A DNA stretch of 64,000 bases from Euglena gracilis (lineage: Eukaryota), in NCBI GenBank assembly GCA_039621445.1, contig CP154954.1, forward strand, positions 42,778,632 to 42,842,631, in the 5' to 3' direction. The translations under genes and the position numbers were made by a program. The notes under the pieces were generated by a model. That model had not been told where the DNA came from. It worked only from the letters and a program-made list of their open reading frames with translations, and made no database searches. Shown piece by piece: positions 1 through 28,100 of this stretch (position 1 is the stretch's first letter; each line of letters opens with the position of its first letter).

Positions 1-517
1 ACGCTGACCTGCGGCGGACCGGGGTCCGGGGGGGGGGGGGGGGTGCAATGTTGCCCAAGCACCGGAAAAGATGGGCAAGGACCGGGGGGGGGGGGGTGAG
101 AAAAACCGGACTGCAAAAGAATCCAGCACTTCGACCCGAAAAGGACAAACTTCTCCGTTGCCGACCCAGTTTTTGTCCATTTTGGCCCACTTTGCCCCCC
201 CCCCCCCCCAAAGGTGAAAACCCCGTCACAGCCAAGCTGCCCTTCAGGCGGCGGGGCAGGAAACCACCCCCAAGGATGGGGAGGGGTTCAGGGCTGGAAC
301 AAAGAAAAGTAGCCGGTTGACTGGACCTCACCCAAACCGCTGCCGACCAACCCTTGCCTGGGCACCAAAAAGAGAGGAATGGACTGGGAATGGGCCAGCG
401 AGGTGGCGTTGAGACCGGGGGTTGCCAAAATGTGGATTGGGGGTGACGGAGGTCAGAGATCCCACGCTTCACACTGAAAAGCTCTCTCTGGTCCTGTGTC
501 TAAATCGAAGAGAAAGA

Positions 518-518
<1 letters not shown>

Positions 519-612
<94 letters not shown>
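519..612 (+). repeat. (TAAA)n microsatellite
   Basis: Direct observation. Confidence 0.98.
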
Positions 613-614
<2 letters not shown>

Positions 615-1554
615 AAAATACATAATGCAAAATACTACAAAATACATACTACAAAATACATAATGCTCACAGTGAACACAGAATACTCATCAATTCAACT
701 TTAGAATATCTTACAAGAATGGAAAAACATTGGAATGGAAAAAAGAAAAAAATTGAAATGTGCTCCATCAGAATGCATGCGATAAATATTGTCAAAAATC
801 GTCCTCCCAAATATGACCTCTGAGAATATGCACATGGACAGTTAGGAGGTATGTCCCAACGTCACACCGTTGCTTCGGCAAAAGGAGAAAATATTGCCTT
901 CGCCGCCACAGACCTACTGACCTACTCCGTTCGCGTGCGCAGCCCACTCCACCCCTGGAGGGAGGGAGCACCTGTCCCTTGGGCTGCCACGTCTGCCCGC
1001 CGTCCAGGGAGTGTTCCATGCCGAACGTGGGAGACCTGCGGCGGGGGCCAGGCGGGTCATTTGGGGGTGAACAAAACCGTTCTGTTTGTCTCCACAAATA
1101 AGGCTGGGAAAACGTTCTGGGCCTGCACAACAGCAAAATGCAAGGGAGTCACACTTGGCGGCCTTGCTGCCCTGGAGGAACAGCAGACCAAACAGCAGCT
1201 GCAATAAGAGCGACCGGCCCAGCATGCGTGGCATGGCGGTCGCTGTGAGACAAGAGGCCGCCTGGGCCCCAGAGGAGAAGACACAGCCCCCAAGGAATTA
1301 CTGAGCGACGAATGGCCCAGGCAATAGGAGGGGGAGAGGGGGGCGACACGTTGCCAGGGCACACCCAAAAGGCTAAACCGCACTTTACGTTGGTGGATGG
1401 GCCAGCACAAATAATTCCAGAGAGCTTCTCCTCGGATGACACCCGGCACCCAGAATAAATAATTTTTTTGCCTACCATACTTTTTGTCACCCTGTTTTAA
1501 AAAAGGCAAAAAAGATACAGAGCGTGCTGCAAACAGAAAAGAGAATGGTGGGAG

Positions 1555-3065
1555 GGCCCTCAAAGGAGACCACCCCACGGCCCCCAGCGGTGCGGGAGGC
1601 CCCTCCACTCCCCTCGCTGCCCCGCGCTGCAGGGCGGCCGCGCCACCGGCCCCCCTCCAGCCTGCCCCCCCAAAAACAGGTTTTTAAAAAAGGACAGGTG
1701 GGGGGGGAGGTGGGTCGAACCCCCCCCCAGTCCACCAAGGGGGCAGGGGGGGACACCCCCACCTAAACAGTTGCGGTCCTGATGCGGGTGACTGATTTTC
1801 GGCCCGGCTCTTCGCGCCGGGCCAAAAAAATTGACCCCCCCAAAACGGCCAAAAATGCCATTTTGGGCACTTTTGGGTGCAAAAATTTGTCAAAAATGCA
1901 AAAAAAATTCGGTCCACAGCGCTGGAAGGAAGATTTTGACCTTTTTGGGACCTCTGGGGCGGTCCAGACTCCCCCCCTGGCAAGTGGGGGGAGAATCCAG
2001 GGGAGAATAGCGGGGACACCCCACCCACCTAAACCCTGTACACCCTCCTTAAAATTAACCCTGCCGACACCAGGGAAAGAAATGAGGGGGAGGGGGTTGG
2101 GTTCCCCTCCGTCCGGAAGGGGTGGGCCGGGTCAGATCCATAGACCCTCCCTCCCCAAAAGATTTTCCAGCACAAACGGCTGGAATATGTTTTTTGGAAG
2201 GGGGCTCAAAAAAGGCCAAAATCGCGTTCTCCCGCACACTTTGGCAATTTTTTTTGAAAAAAAATCGGCCAAAACATACATCAAAAATTTATCCTCTTTG
2301 GCAAACAGCACTGGAGAAAAAACGTTCCAGGGGGTCCCAGACCCTCCCCTTAAGGGGGGGAAGGGGGGGGGTGGTCTGGACCCCCCTCCCCCTGTGCAAA
2401 ACCAACTTTCACTGAATGCCCTGCGCGGCCCCACAGTCAACCTACCCGGGGGGTTGTACCGGAAGAACACGTGGGGGGGGGAAGGGCCCCAACCCACCCA
2501 CCACAGCACTGAGCAACCAACACATGAACACCGGTGCCCCCCGAAAGAACGGGAAGGGCTGGGAAGGGGTGGGGAGGTCCACCCACCACCAATAAGGTTT
2601 CTGCGATTCTGCCCACGCCCCCCCCCCCCAGCACAAAGCCCAGGGAGCAAGACCGCAAAACACAACAAAAGTCCCGATTTGAGCACCGCCGGCCCGCCGC
2701 GCGATGCAGGCGGGCCGCGGAGGGAGACACGCGGGAGAGGGCCCCGGCGGAGGGGGATAGCGCCCTCACCGGGGCAGCGCACGAGGACGCAGGGCTCCTG
2801 GCGGTCGCGCACCGGAGCGCCTCATGGCTGGCGGTGGTGGGGTCCGAAATAGATGCGAGGGTCGTGTCGCAGGGGTGGGGCCATGCTGGATGCTCTTTTG
2901 TTTGGGGGAATGGGTCCTGCCAGCCGCCAGCACCTTTTCCACCAAAAGGGACAGAAACAAACTCCATGTGCAAATGTGTGTTTGTGTGATGAGTCTGTAA
3001 TGTGTGTGTTCTGTGCACCGTTGTGTGTGCGTGCGTGCGCGTGCGTGTGTTGTGTGTTGTGCGCA

Positions 3066-3102
<37 letters not shown>

Positions 3103-6100
3103 GTTTGTGTGTGTTGTGTGTGTGCGTGTGTTGCCTTAATCTGGGGATAATGCCCAACTAAAATTTGACTGGTGCTGATACCAAACCCTTGTATTTTTCC
3201 AACTCAAAAATTTCATGTACACATCGTGGGACAATTGCTCAAATGTGCAAACCAAACATGTTAAAAAATGGAAGTGAAGATGTGGGGAAATCGCAATTTT
3301 TTCTATTCAATTTTAAGGAAGGTTCCAGGTGCTCGGTTTTAGGTTCTTGCTGGAGAAGTTCGCTGACGCCACAAGCATTGGATCCCCTGGTTTCATTACC
3401 ATGGGGTCCCCACAATATCAGAAAACACAATCATTTGCCATTTGTGCCATTCAAGCTGTTTGAAGCCATTATACAAGGTCAAAAAGCCATTTCAGGTGTT
3501 TGGAGCCATTTCGGGTGTTTGAGGCTCCGCACATGGCAAAAACATTCAATAGATCATAAACAAATTCAAACCGCAAAATTATTTTCATTTAGGAAACTTT
3601 GGGCCATTTTGAGCCATCAGGCTTGTGCCTACCGACTGGGGGTGAGGGGGGTGGGTGGGTACTATAGGGTGCCTGCCCCTCGCAGGATGGGGGGGTCCGG
3701 CGGGGACCCAGAAAATTTTCGTTGAAAATGGCCTTTTCCGGGCCCCGGCGCGGAAGGCGCCGGGGTCAGAGGGGGGTGCCTGCTATGGGCAGGCACCCCC
3801 AAAGCCCCTACCCCCCGAGGGGGGGTCGGATGGGGGGCTATGGGGTGCCCCCCCCCGTGGGGTAGGCACCCAACTAAACACGAGCCTGTGAGCAATTTTA
3901 GGCTTTAATCTTTAGTCCATTTTAGGCCTCGTTAGCCATTTGTTCATCAGAGGGGCAGGTTTGTGGGCTGGGAGGGGGGCGGCTGAGATGGTTGGGGATA
4001 ATTGATTTGGGGGACGGAATTCTAAGAAGTTAAAAATTAAAAAGGTTAAAAATAATTGCCCCTCAACCATCGTCCACCAAATCCACCGTCCATACACAGA
4101 GACGCTGGAAATCATCACCTGATGGCTTCAATTTGTCCACAGGCAAAAAAGTTTGTCAAACGGAATTTTCTTATCTTCCACTAATGTTCGTCCCTGACCG
4201 GGGGGGGGGGCGGTCGCTAAAATGACCAATGTTCGTCTCTGACCGGGGGGGGGGGGGTGGTCGTTAGACAAGCGGGGTGGACCCCAAGTCGGAGGAAAAT
4301 TTACCATATGGGTATATGGCCATTTTTGGGCTGTTTTTGGCCATTTACTGATTTATGCTATTTCTTGACTACGGTTGTCCACTTTTGGCCATTTTTGGAC
4401 ATTTTTTTTTGGGCGCTTTTGGGAATTTTTAGGCATTTTTGACCGCTTTTCGCCATGTTTGGTCGCTTTTGGCCACTTTTGGCAACTGTTGGCCACACTT
4501 TGGCCCCCTTTGCCCATTTTTGGCCACTTTAGGCTAATTTTGGTAACTTTTGGCCATTTTTTTTGCCCTATTTTTGCTATTTTTGGCAATTTTTGGACAC
4601 TTTTGGCCATCCTTTGGCCATTTTAGGCCATTTTGGGTTATTTTTGACTGTTTTTAGCCAACTTTTAGCAATTCTGGCCGAACCAACATCGTATACAAAA
4701 AGACCGTCTCTGACCGGGGGGGGGGTCGTTAGACAAGCCCGGTCCTCGGACAAGGGGGGGGGAGGTTTAACTGCTTGCCTGGAGGGCAGGGGGGGGGGGT
4801 TCGGCTTAAGAATTCCATGCACTGAATGGACCCGGATAACAACCTTCCTGGGTGCAATAATACTGGTTCCAGTTTTTTCCGATAATTCAGCCCAGGGTTC
4901 GATATAAGGACAGGTGGGGGGGTCCAGACCCCCTGCGGGCCAGGAGGGGGGGGGGGTGGGCGGACACCCCCCCCACCTAAACAGTGGCGCGGTCTGGGTG
5001 ACCGAAAATTTTTGACCCCCCAAAACGACCAATTTTGGGCATTTTTTGGGCAAAAATGTTCCAAAAATGCAAAAAAAATTTCGGCGCAAAGCGCCGGGGG
5101 AAAAAATTGACCCTTTTGGGGGGGGTCCCGGATACCCCCCCCCAGGGTCGGTCCGGACCCCCTGTGTGCACTGTGGCTGTTTTTTTGGTGTCTTTTATCC
5201 CTTCTTCTGGCCTGGCGCTGTTGTTCGCCTCTGGCCCTTTTTGTCTGTGCACATGGAGGTGTCCGGACCCCCCTGGCAGGTGGGGGGGTGGTCCGGACCC
5301 CCCCCCTGCGGGCCAGGAGGGGGGGGGGGTGGGGGCCCCCACCTAAACCATGTACGCCCTCCTTATATCAAACCCTGGTTGAGCCCCTTCAGTCACCCCT
5401 GCCCATTGCAAGTTCAACACTTCCTGTCTAACACCAGAGAAATTCGACAACAAGATGGCGCCCCACCATGACACACGTCACGCGCGTGTAAATGCGCGTG
5501 TTTGCATGCGTGTGGGTATGGGTGTGTGGGGCCCCTTGTGCTGTACAGTGTGTGAACGGTTGTGTGTGTACAGTGAGGTAGATGTGCATTTTGATGCAAG
5601 CACCACAGTTCCAGACCCGAGGCGACACAATCGTCTTCACAATTTATCCCAATGTACCCCCCCCCCGAGAAACTGTCACCCGACAGGTTGGCCGGAACCA
5701 GGGACCCTGCCAACCTCCCATACTAACAGGTTGGTCAGTGCGAAGGAACCTGAGAGTTTCCCAGGTTGTGCATTTCAAGTGAAAATCAATGATGAATGAC
5801 CCTGACAGGTTGGCCAGCACCAGGGACCCTGGCAACTCCTCTACTGACAGCTTTGCCGGTTACAGTAACAGGACCCTGACAGTTTCCCGGCCGGACCCTG
5901 ACAGGTTCTGGGGCATGACAGTTTCCTGGTGGGGGGTGGAATGAATGACCCATCAAAAAAATCCCTGGGACCAGCAAGCCCCCAGGAACACCCCAACAAA
6001 GCAAGGGAGGTTGGGAGAGGGGGCAACGGCGAAGTGTGCCGGGCAGTACCTTCGCCAAAGACACAAAGTGGGGGGGGCTCAATGCCCCCCACCCCCCCCA

Positions 6101-7215
6101 GCCGCCCCACCCGCACCCTGAAGGGGAACCGCAGTCTCCCCAAGGGCAGGCTAGAAGATGGCCAGGCAGGGAGGGGGTCGCCGGTGCTGGATGCCACCGG
6201 CACGGATGTCACCGCAAACAACGCCAACCACAATGACCTGACCCGTCTCTTGAGACCCAACCAATGACAGAAATTGGAGTGGAACGGGAGACTGGCGGTG
6301 GATGGAACAGGCGCAATGAAAGACTCTTCTGAGACACGGTGCAAAAGTAATAGCTCCTTGATGCAAAACAGAAGCTCTTTGTTGTAAGATATCCAACCCC
6401 GTTAACCCCCTGTCTCCCAATCTCTGGACACCCCCCTAATATTTGTCTCTGACCGGGGGAGGTGGTCGCTAAAGCAGCCAATGTTCGTCCTAAGTTATCA
6501 AACAACCAACCAAGATGGGAGTCACCGCCATTTACAACTCATTTTGGTCCTTTTGCCTGAATTCCATATTGGACAAATTTGACCACTTTTTTGGCATTTT
6601 TCTTTGGCCCTCTGTCACAACCTTACCCCCCCCCCTTAGGCCATTTATGGCAATTTCCGTCATTTTCATGCAACCACTTTTGGGGCTATTGGTCTTTTTC
6701 CTGGCCATTTCCCCCCTTTTTGGCTTCTTTATTGTGGCTTGGACACGTTCACGGACTATATTTGCACCATGTCTTTGCAAAAAAAAAATCATTTCACACA
6801 ACTCTTCTCAAGTTATGGAGCCAAAAGACTTAGAAATTCATGGTTCCAAAATTTCAAATTTGATGGCAGGAAAAATGACGGCAATTTGGACACAAGAAGA
6901 ATAAGGTCTACAGTGTGAATTTTCTGAACCAATTCTTCTAGAAACACACATAAAAAAACAATCACTGCAGAAAAAATGTAATACAGCGGAGAAAAAAAAC
7001 GCGAAAAGGCTCTGCATAAGAGAGGAAGAAAATCAGAAGGTTTTGAGATAAGAAGAATCAGCTTAGGTATTCCTCTGGAATGAGATGGCACCCAGCAATG
7101 GGGATACATAACACTGCGAGGTGCTGGTGAGAGGTGCACCTCACCGGTTCACTGCAATGGCGAAGCGAAATAGGCGGGGGCCGCTTCAGTTCCATCGCAT
7201 TTCGGCCCGGTAGGA
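1555..7215 (-). CDS. Possible third multi-exon gene running off the left edge (candidate exons approx. 7140-7200, 6180-6300, 2690-2800, 1555-1620); product unknown
   Basis: GC-rich islands like the exons of the other two genes (VRSLWLALFAVTSVPVA; EPCVLVRCPGEGAIPL; GRGVVSFEG); junctions not verified. Confidence 0.3.
3618..3888. mobile_element. hAT-type MITE
   Basis: CAGGCTTGTG...CACGAGCCTG; TSD TGAGCCAT/TGAGCAAT (7/8); related to 43271-43574. Confidence 0.85.
4893..5377. mobile_element. hAT-type MITE (degraded relative at 1677-2063)
   Basis: CAGGGTTCGATATAAGGA...TCCTTATATCAAACCCTG; TSD ATTCAGCC/GTTGAGCC (6/8). Confidence 0.85.
5657..5938. mobile_element. MITE family with GAAACTGTCA termini and internal CCCTGACAG repeats (other copies approx. 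10928-11213, 33234-33548)
   Basis: C-run-GAAACTGTCA...TGACAGTTTCC-G-run inverted termini; three homologous copies. Confidence 0.8.
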
Positions 7216-7860
7216 CAATCCACGCATAACCCCCTGTCATCCCTTCAGACAGTTGCAGGCTTCGGGTCACCGTGCAAAAATCCTGACCGCAGCCTGGACG
7301 GCTGGCCTTAGGCCTTACACGGGGCCAATCCTCGTCGGCCGGTCCTTTGGGTTTGCTGTTCAACCCACCGGTTTAGACGGAACGATGCTGGGCAGCCATT
7401 GTATCGGTTGTTGGAGAAAAAACCTCACCCTTGTTTTTATAGCAAACCCAGTCCAAAGCAATGGAATAAACGCATCCGAAAAGCATGCGGGGGGGGGGGC
7501 CTGGGGTGGTCGCTGGGAACATCTGGAGGGGTCGGCAGGAAGGAACATATTTCATTGTAATAAATAAAATGAAGAGGGATGCAGCTGAGAATTGTGGTAT
7601 TTGAGTGGGTCATGATAAATTGAGTGGCATAGAGGTTTGCTGTTGGACGATTCTAAGAAAATAATGGGGGGGGGGCGGAAAAGTATACATATTCTGCCTG
7701 GCCATAAATGGCTGCTGATTGGTCAGAAGCACAGGCTAAACGTGGAAAATTGTCATATGTTTTTGCGTATGTGTGAGCGAGTGTACGTGTGTGTGTGTGT
7801 GTGTGTTGTGTGTGTGTGTGTGTTGTGTGTGTGTGTTGTGTGTGTGTTGTGTGTGTGTGT

Positions 7861-7961
7861 GTTGCGTGTCTGCACGGGAGTCTTGGGCTGAAACCACCCC
7901 AGTAGCTATGTATGCAAGGCGAGTAACAGGTTGAAGGATTGGGAGGCGTAGGGATGATCCA
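7861..7961 (-). repeat. ~100-bp repeat with (CA)n tail; second copy 9925-10026
   Basis: Near-identical ...GGGCTGAAACCACCCCAGTAGCTATGTATGCAAGGCGAGTAACAGG... next to (GT)n in both copies. Confidence 0.85.
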
Positions 7962-8338
7962 TCCATTCTTGAAAGCCCAGTGACCCCCCACCCCACCACA
8001 GACAAGATTCCCCAACGCGGGGGAGGGGGTGATAGAGCACTCACTGTGACAGACAGGGAGTTTCTGAAGGACCCTCGGCGTTGGGGCCATGCTTTGATAA
8101 ACTCCCGGGTCGGACATCACCCAAGCCCATGCCATCCCGGATGGAGACAAGAGGGAGCTTCCCTGGCAGGGCGAGAGGTTGCTGCAAGCCGTCCGCCGGA
8201 AGGGCCAGCGCTGAAGGTAGGAGGCGGCCTGCACGGTGTGTGTGTGTGTGTGTGTTGCGTTGTGTTTGGTGTGTGTGTGTGTGTGTGGTGTGAGTTTGTT
8301 GTGTGTGTGTGTGTGTTGCGTTGTGTTTGGTGTGTGTG

Positions 8339-8389
<51 letters not shown>

Positions 8390-8634
8390 GTGGGTGGGTG
8401 GGTGGGTGGGTGGGTGTGTGTGGGTGGGTGGGTGTGTGTGTGTGTGTGTGTGTGTGTCTGAGAAAAACTCTGATCCCAGAAGGGATGCCACCGGCGAACT
8501 AGTCGCCAGTTGTAAAGAGAGTGCCGGGTGCAGGGGGAGCACATACGTGCGCCGTGCATATGTATGCGGCAGGGGGAGATGAGGGAGTGCCGTGTGGTGC
8601 TACGCGTGTGGCGCTGCCGGGGCCGCGGGGCTGG

Positions 8635-23400
<14,766 letters not shown>

Positions 23401-24384
23401 CCTCGGCGGGAGGCATGGGGGCGGTGGGGTTGGGGCTGCGGCCACAGCGAGGGCAGGGCAAGCAGCACCCCCACTCCGCTGATACTTCCAAACAATACAG
23501 AGGGTGGATGTAAGCCCTAGTCCCAGTTGTTGTTTTTTTTTGGTGAACAGCAGAAAGACCACAAACAATGATGCGTTCGCAGGCCAACAGGGCCGGTCGC
23601 CCAAAGAACACAAAACGATGTGATAATGAGGTTTTCTATCGAGACAATGCCCCACTGAGAAGGGGACGTCGGGACAAGCAAGCAAAGCAAATGTTCGGAT
23701 ACAAAAAAAGTTAAAATATCTTGCAAAAATGAACCAACAAAGCATGTTTTCAAAAAAATATACTGCGAAATTTGTTTTTTTAAATATACAATTATTTTGA
23801 CTTTTCAAATCTGCAGGTTCAATCCAAGATGACAACTTTCCTACGCATCAAATCAGCCACGAGGACACCCCCCTGAGGAATCTGTGCCCAGACAAATCAG
23901 CGAGCACAGAGGTAGGGGACAGGTCCTTATGAGGACAGGTCAGCGACAGGACAGTTTCCCAAGAGACAGAGGAAAAAAATGAGATTTCTCGGCCACTGGT
24001 AGACAAAAGAAAGGAACTGCAGAAAAGAAAACTTTTGCACGTAACCCCCACTAAATAAAAAGCCCCCCAAATATTTGGTTTTGCCACCCAAATATGGAGA
24101 TCCCCAATACAAATCCCGGCGATGGTGCCATTCAGGAAAATCAGAAAAATTCGGGTAAATTTAGCAATGGTTATCAGCAACGTCGGTTCAGACAAAAAAA
24201 TTGAATTCTCAGGGAAAATAGGAGGTGCAAAAACGTTGGTATAAAATTGGTATTTGACTGGAGTTGAAGGCCATCGAAACTGGTGTAGGCCACCAAAAAA
24301 GCTTGATCCAACAAATATAAAGCCCCCCCCCCTGACAGTCTTGAAATCCCGCCCAAATATAAAGCCAGGGGGGGCTGTATATTT

Positions 24385-25410
24385 GGGGGGTCGCTGAGCT
24401 CTTATCCCTTTATGGGTAAGAGCGAAGCTTACACCCGGCGAAACCCCCCCCTCGACTCCCCCCCCCGGGTCGGGGCCACCAGGAGAACCGACGGATTATC
24501 ACCATGATCCCGGCCGGGTTCCCGGAATTTTTTTTTTTCAGTCGCGAGCGACTGGATTTCTAGTTTCCGAATCACCTGGGTTTAACCCCCAACTCCCCGC
24601 CAGGCCCGAGTTATTCACGCGCGAAGGGGTCCAAACTGGGTAGGATCGGCCCGCCCCCCCCCCCCCCCCTCGATAAGCCCCCTCTGCCATTTCGGCCAAA
24701 AAATGTCAATTTTCAAAATATCTCCAAAATGAAGCCAAAATCAAAGGGTTTTCGGCGCAGATGGCCGTTTTGTACACTTTTCCCTCTGTTCGACTTGGCC
24801 GTTTTCGGGGGGTGGGGGGTCAAAAAATCGATGTTTTCAAAATTTCTCGAAAATGATGCAAAAACAAAGGAAATGTCCGGAGACCTAAATTGAAGCCCTT
24901 GGAACGCTCTATCTACTGGGATTTTGGTTTCCCCGCAACTCCCCGCCCAGCCCGAGATACGGGCGTTTTTTTTTGTCCAATTTGGGCCATTTCAGGCCAT
25001 TTTGTATACTTTTCCCTCTGTCCGACTTAGCGGTTTTCGGCCCAAAAAGTCGAAAAAAAGCGAAAAAATTTTTTTTGCCCGAAACGATGTTTTTTGGCCT
25101 CCCGGACCCAGAAAAACTGTTTTTTGAGCCGAAAACGAGCGTTTTTCGACCCGCCGGCCCCGTTTTGGGCCGCCGACCCATTGACTTTGGGTTAAATCCG
25201 GGTCAAAAAAGTCGAAAAAATCGAAAAAAAATTTTGCCCAAAACGATGTTTTTTGGCCTCCCGGACCCAGAAAAACTGTTTTTGAGCTGAAAACGAGCGT
25301 TTTTCGACCCGCCGGCGCCCCGTTTCGGGCACAAAACCCTTGCATTTCAGTCAAAAGAGCTCCATGGAGTAGGCGCTTATCAAGAGCTCAGCACTATTCA
25401 AAACCTGGTT
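24385..25410. mobile_element. Dispersed repeat bounded by GCTGAGCTCTT/AAGAGCTCAGC; homologues approx. 49215-51095 (largely inverted), 28535-29260, ends at 21718 and 21810
   Basis: 24500-24640 matches the reverse complement of 50060-50220; shared terminal motifs. Confidence 0.65.
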
Positions 25411-27496
25411 ATTCACGATGAGGAGCCGGATAACAAATATGAATAATTTTAATCAATCAAAAAAAATGGATTTTTCAAAAAAGGTGAAAATTTTCAAACA
25501 AGGTCAACTAGTGTTGACATTCTCCTGGGGGGCAGGAAGGCGACACTTTCCTGGGCAAAAAGGCGACAAATTCCCCGGTAGGATGGAAACAACTTCACGG
25601 GGGTGACAACCTCCTGAGGTGGAAGAGGTTGGCATGACAATTCTAACATGCCATCTTCTATCGATATTTGTATGATTTTCCATTTTGGTTCCACCTCTAT
25701 TTATTTGTCCAGGAAGTTTGCCTCCACAGAAAAAAACACCCCAACATTGAACTTGTTTAGTTGCATTCGAATTGTGAAAACACCATTTTTGAATCTGGGT
25801 GTTCCTCCCTGACTGATTGTGTTTTGGTTTGGTGGTTGGTTTGAGTTTTCTCATTCACTACCCCCCCAAAAGACCCCCCCTGGACTGATCGACCAAAATC
25901 CCAAAATAAGACCCCCAATTTTAAGACCCCCTCTGATGGCGCGAAGCGCCGGGGGGGGGGGGGAGAAATGGTCCCTAAACATTACGAAACACACTCTTTC
26001 ACGCCCAAAAATGATGATAATTGTGATATTGTGACAATTTTGAAACAAAAAAAGCAGGAGGAATTTCAATTTATACCAATTGACATATGGCGCGGAGCGC
26101 CGAAGGAAAAATAGTGGTGTTTTTTGGAAACCTGAAAAATGATGATTTCGGTGCCGAGTTGGTCAATAAAAAAAATGCGACACTGCTTGGAGGTTTCCAA
26201 TAATGGACCCAAAAAATAACCAGGGCCATATTTTGGGGGGATTAAATTTCCCCTTGCCTCCGTCTTTTTTGTGCATTCAGCAGAATATTGTGTCACCGGG
26301 GAGCAAGATTGTCCCACGTTTTTTTTGTTTACACCAAGCGCATCCTGGCGTCCTGACCTCGGTTTGGTGTCACTGTTCTGCTCACGTGTTGTGGTTGTCA
26401 GGGTGATGGCAGTCAGGGCCTCGCTGAAGTCGGAGGTTGTTCCCTCTCATCAGAGAGGGGCTGGGCTGACCCTCCAGGAGTTCCGCAGCCGTTCCCCCCC
26501 CCCCATCAAATGATTTATTTCCTGTCCGGCCTCACTTCGGCAACTGGACAATGATGGACATTTAGCCAGTGGCAGGTGCAGAAATGCAAAAAAAGGCAGA
26601 AATGCACCAAAAATCAAAGAATGGGTTGAAAGTGTGCCATTGTGCTCAAGCTTTAGAAGGGCTGCAGGGTTTGGGTGACCATGTGAACAATGAGCCAGTC
26701 ATCTTTGGACCCCCTCCATGTGTGCCCATATGTGCTTGCTTGCTGGGCAGGAAGAAAAGGTGGGAGAACGTGAATGGTTGCTTGCAAACAGAAACACACG
26801 TTTTATGAAAATTGCAACAGTCGCAGAAAACACTCCAATTCTTCTCCAACCCTATGTAGCAACCTTTTTGCCGGTTTTTGGCCCACACCCAAATACCCCC
26901 AAATGTCAGCAACCCTGACTGGATGACATGACAAACGTTTTATGAAAACGGCTGGAAGTTGGAAAATTCAGCGACACTCCAAATTTAAGCAACCCCGAAA
27001 ATACAAGCAACCTCTGAAGTGATTTTCGGAAATATAAATCGACTGGTTGCTTATATTTGGGTAAAGGGGGTTAGCCCATGCTTATATTTGGGGGTTGTTC
27101 ACAGGGGGGAGTTACTTATTGGGGTAACACAACGATGTGATTGGGATGGGGATAATTGTTCAGGGACCAAAGGGGCGAACGTCAGACATGGAAACCCACC
27201 TGGTCCCATGTCGGTTGGGAGCTGGACCTGGCAGGTTCCCCCCAAAAAAATGCCCCAACAAGCCCAAATCCAGGTGGGTTGGCATATTCATTTAAAGACC
27301 GGAGGTGAGAACCTCCAAACCACCCAAAATATACATTTTTGGCCATTCTCGACCCCATTTTCAAGACAAAAATTGGCTCTTTGAAGATTTTCGGTCCAGC
27401 CCGGTTTTTGGACCCATCTTTATCTCAGCGGACACCTCAAGGGGGGGGGGTTCGCAGCCTGGCTGGGAGGTGCTGGCTGGAAGAAAAGCCAAGGAC

Positions 27497-28100
27497 CTCC
27501 CTATGTCCAACGACCACCCCCCCCGGTCAGAGGACACCTTTTTGGAGGCTTGATGTTTTTTTGCAGGTGTGCAAAAACCGGAGGTTTGCCAGCCCTAAAA
27601 GGCTTTTCTTCCGCCCTTGTCCTCTACCCCGCAGCCCATCGTCCATTAAAATGTTCCCTCCGGGGAGTTTTGTGCATTATGAGCGCTCCACCGGGGAGAT
27701 AGTGCCTGCGGTTGTTGAAGGAGCTTCACCACACTCCCAACATTCCACCATGACATTTTCGGGTGTTTGCTAGGTTGTATGATGAGTGAGGATGTTTTGC
27801 ACTTTCCTTGCATGTTCTCTTGACGTGATCTCCGCAACGAAATCGTCCAAGGATGCGAGTTTTGGGTGTCATTTGAGTAAATATTTGTTGACAGGGCTGG
27901 AAATGGGGGCGCGAAGCGCCGGAAGGAAAATTTTGACCTGTTTGGGGTTTCGGCAAATTTTTCCCCTGACCCTGTGTCCAACGACCACCCCCCCCCGGTC
28001 AGAGGACACCTTTTTGGTCACTACCCTATGTCCAACGACCGCTCCCCCGGTCAGAGGACAGAGGTTACCGGTAGTTGGACATAGGGGGGGGGGGGCGGGG
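27497..28100. mobile_element. TGTCCAACGACC-family MITE with extra internal sequence
   Basis: Termini match 61523-61933 in inverted orientation. Confidence 0.8.

Noticed and set aside
1782-2852. 356-aa ORF
   Set aside because: Runs through MITEs and G/C homopolymers with no recognisable domain.
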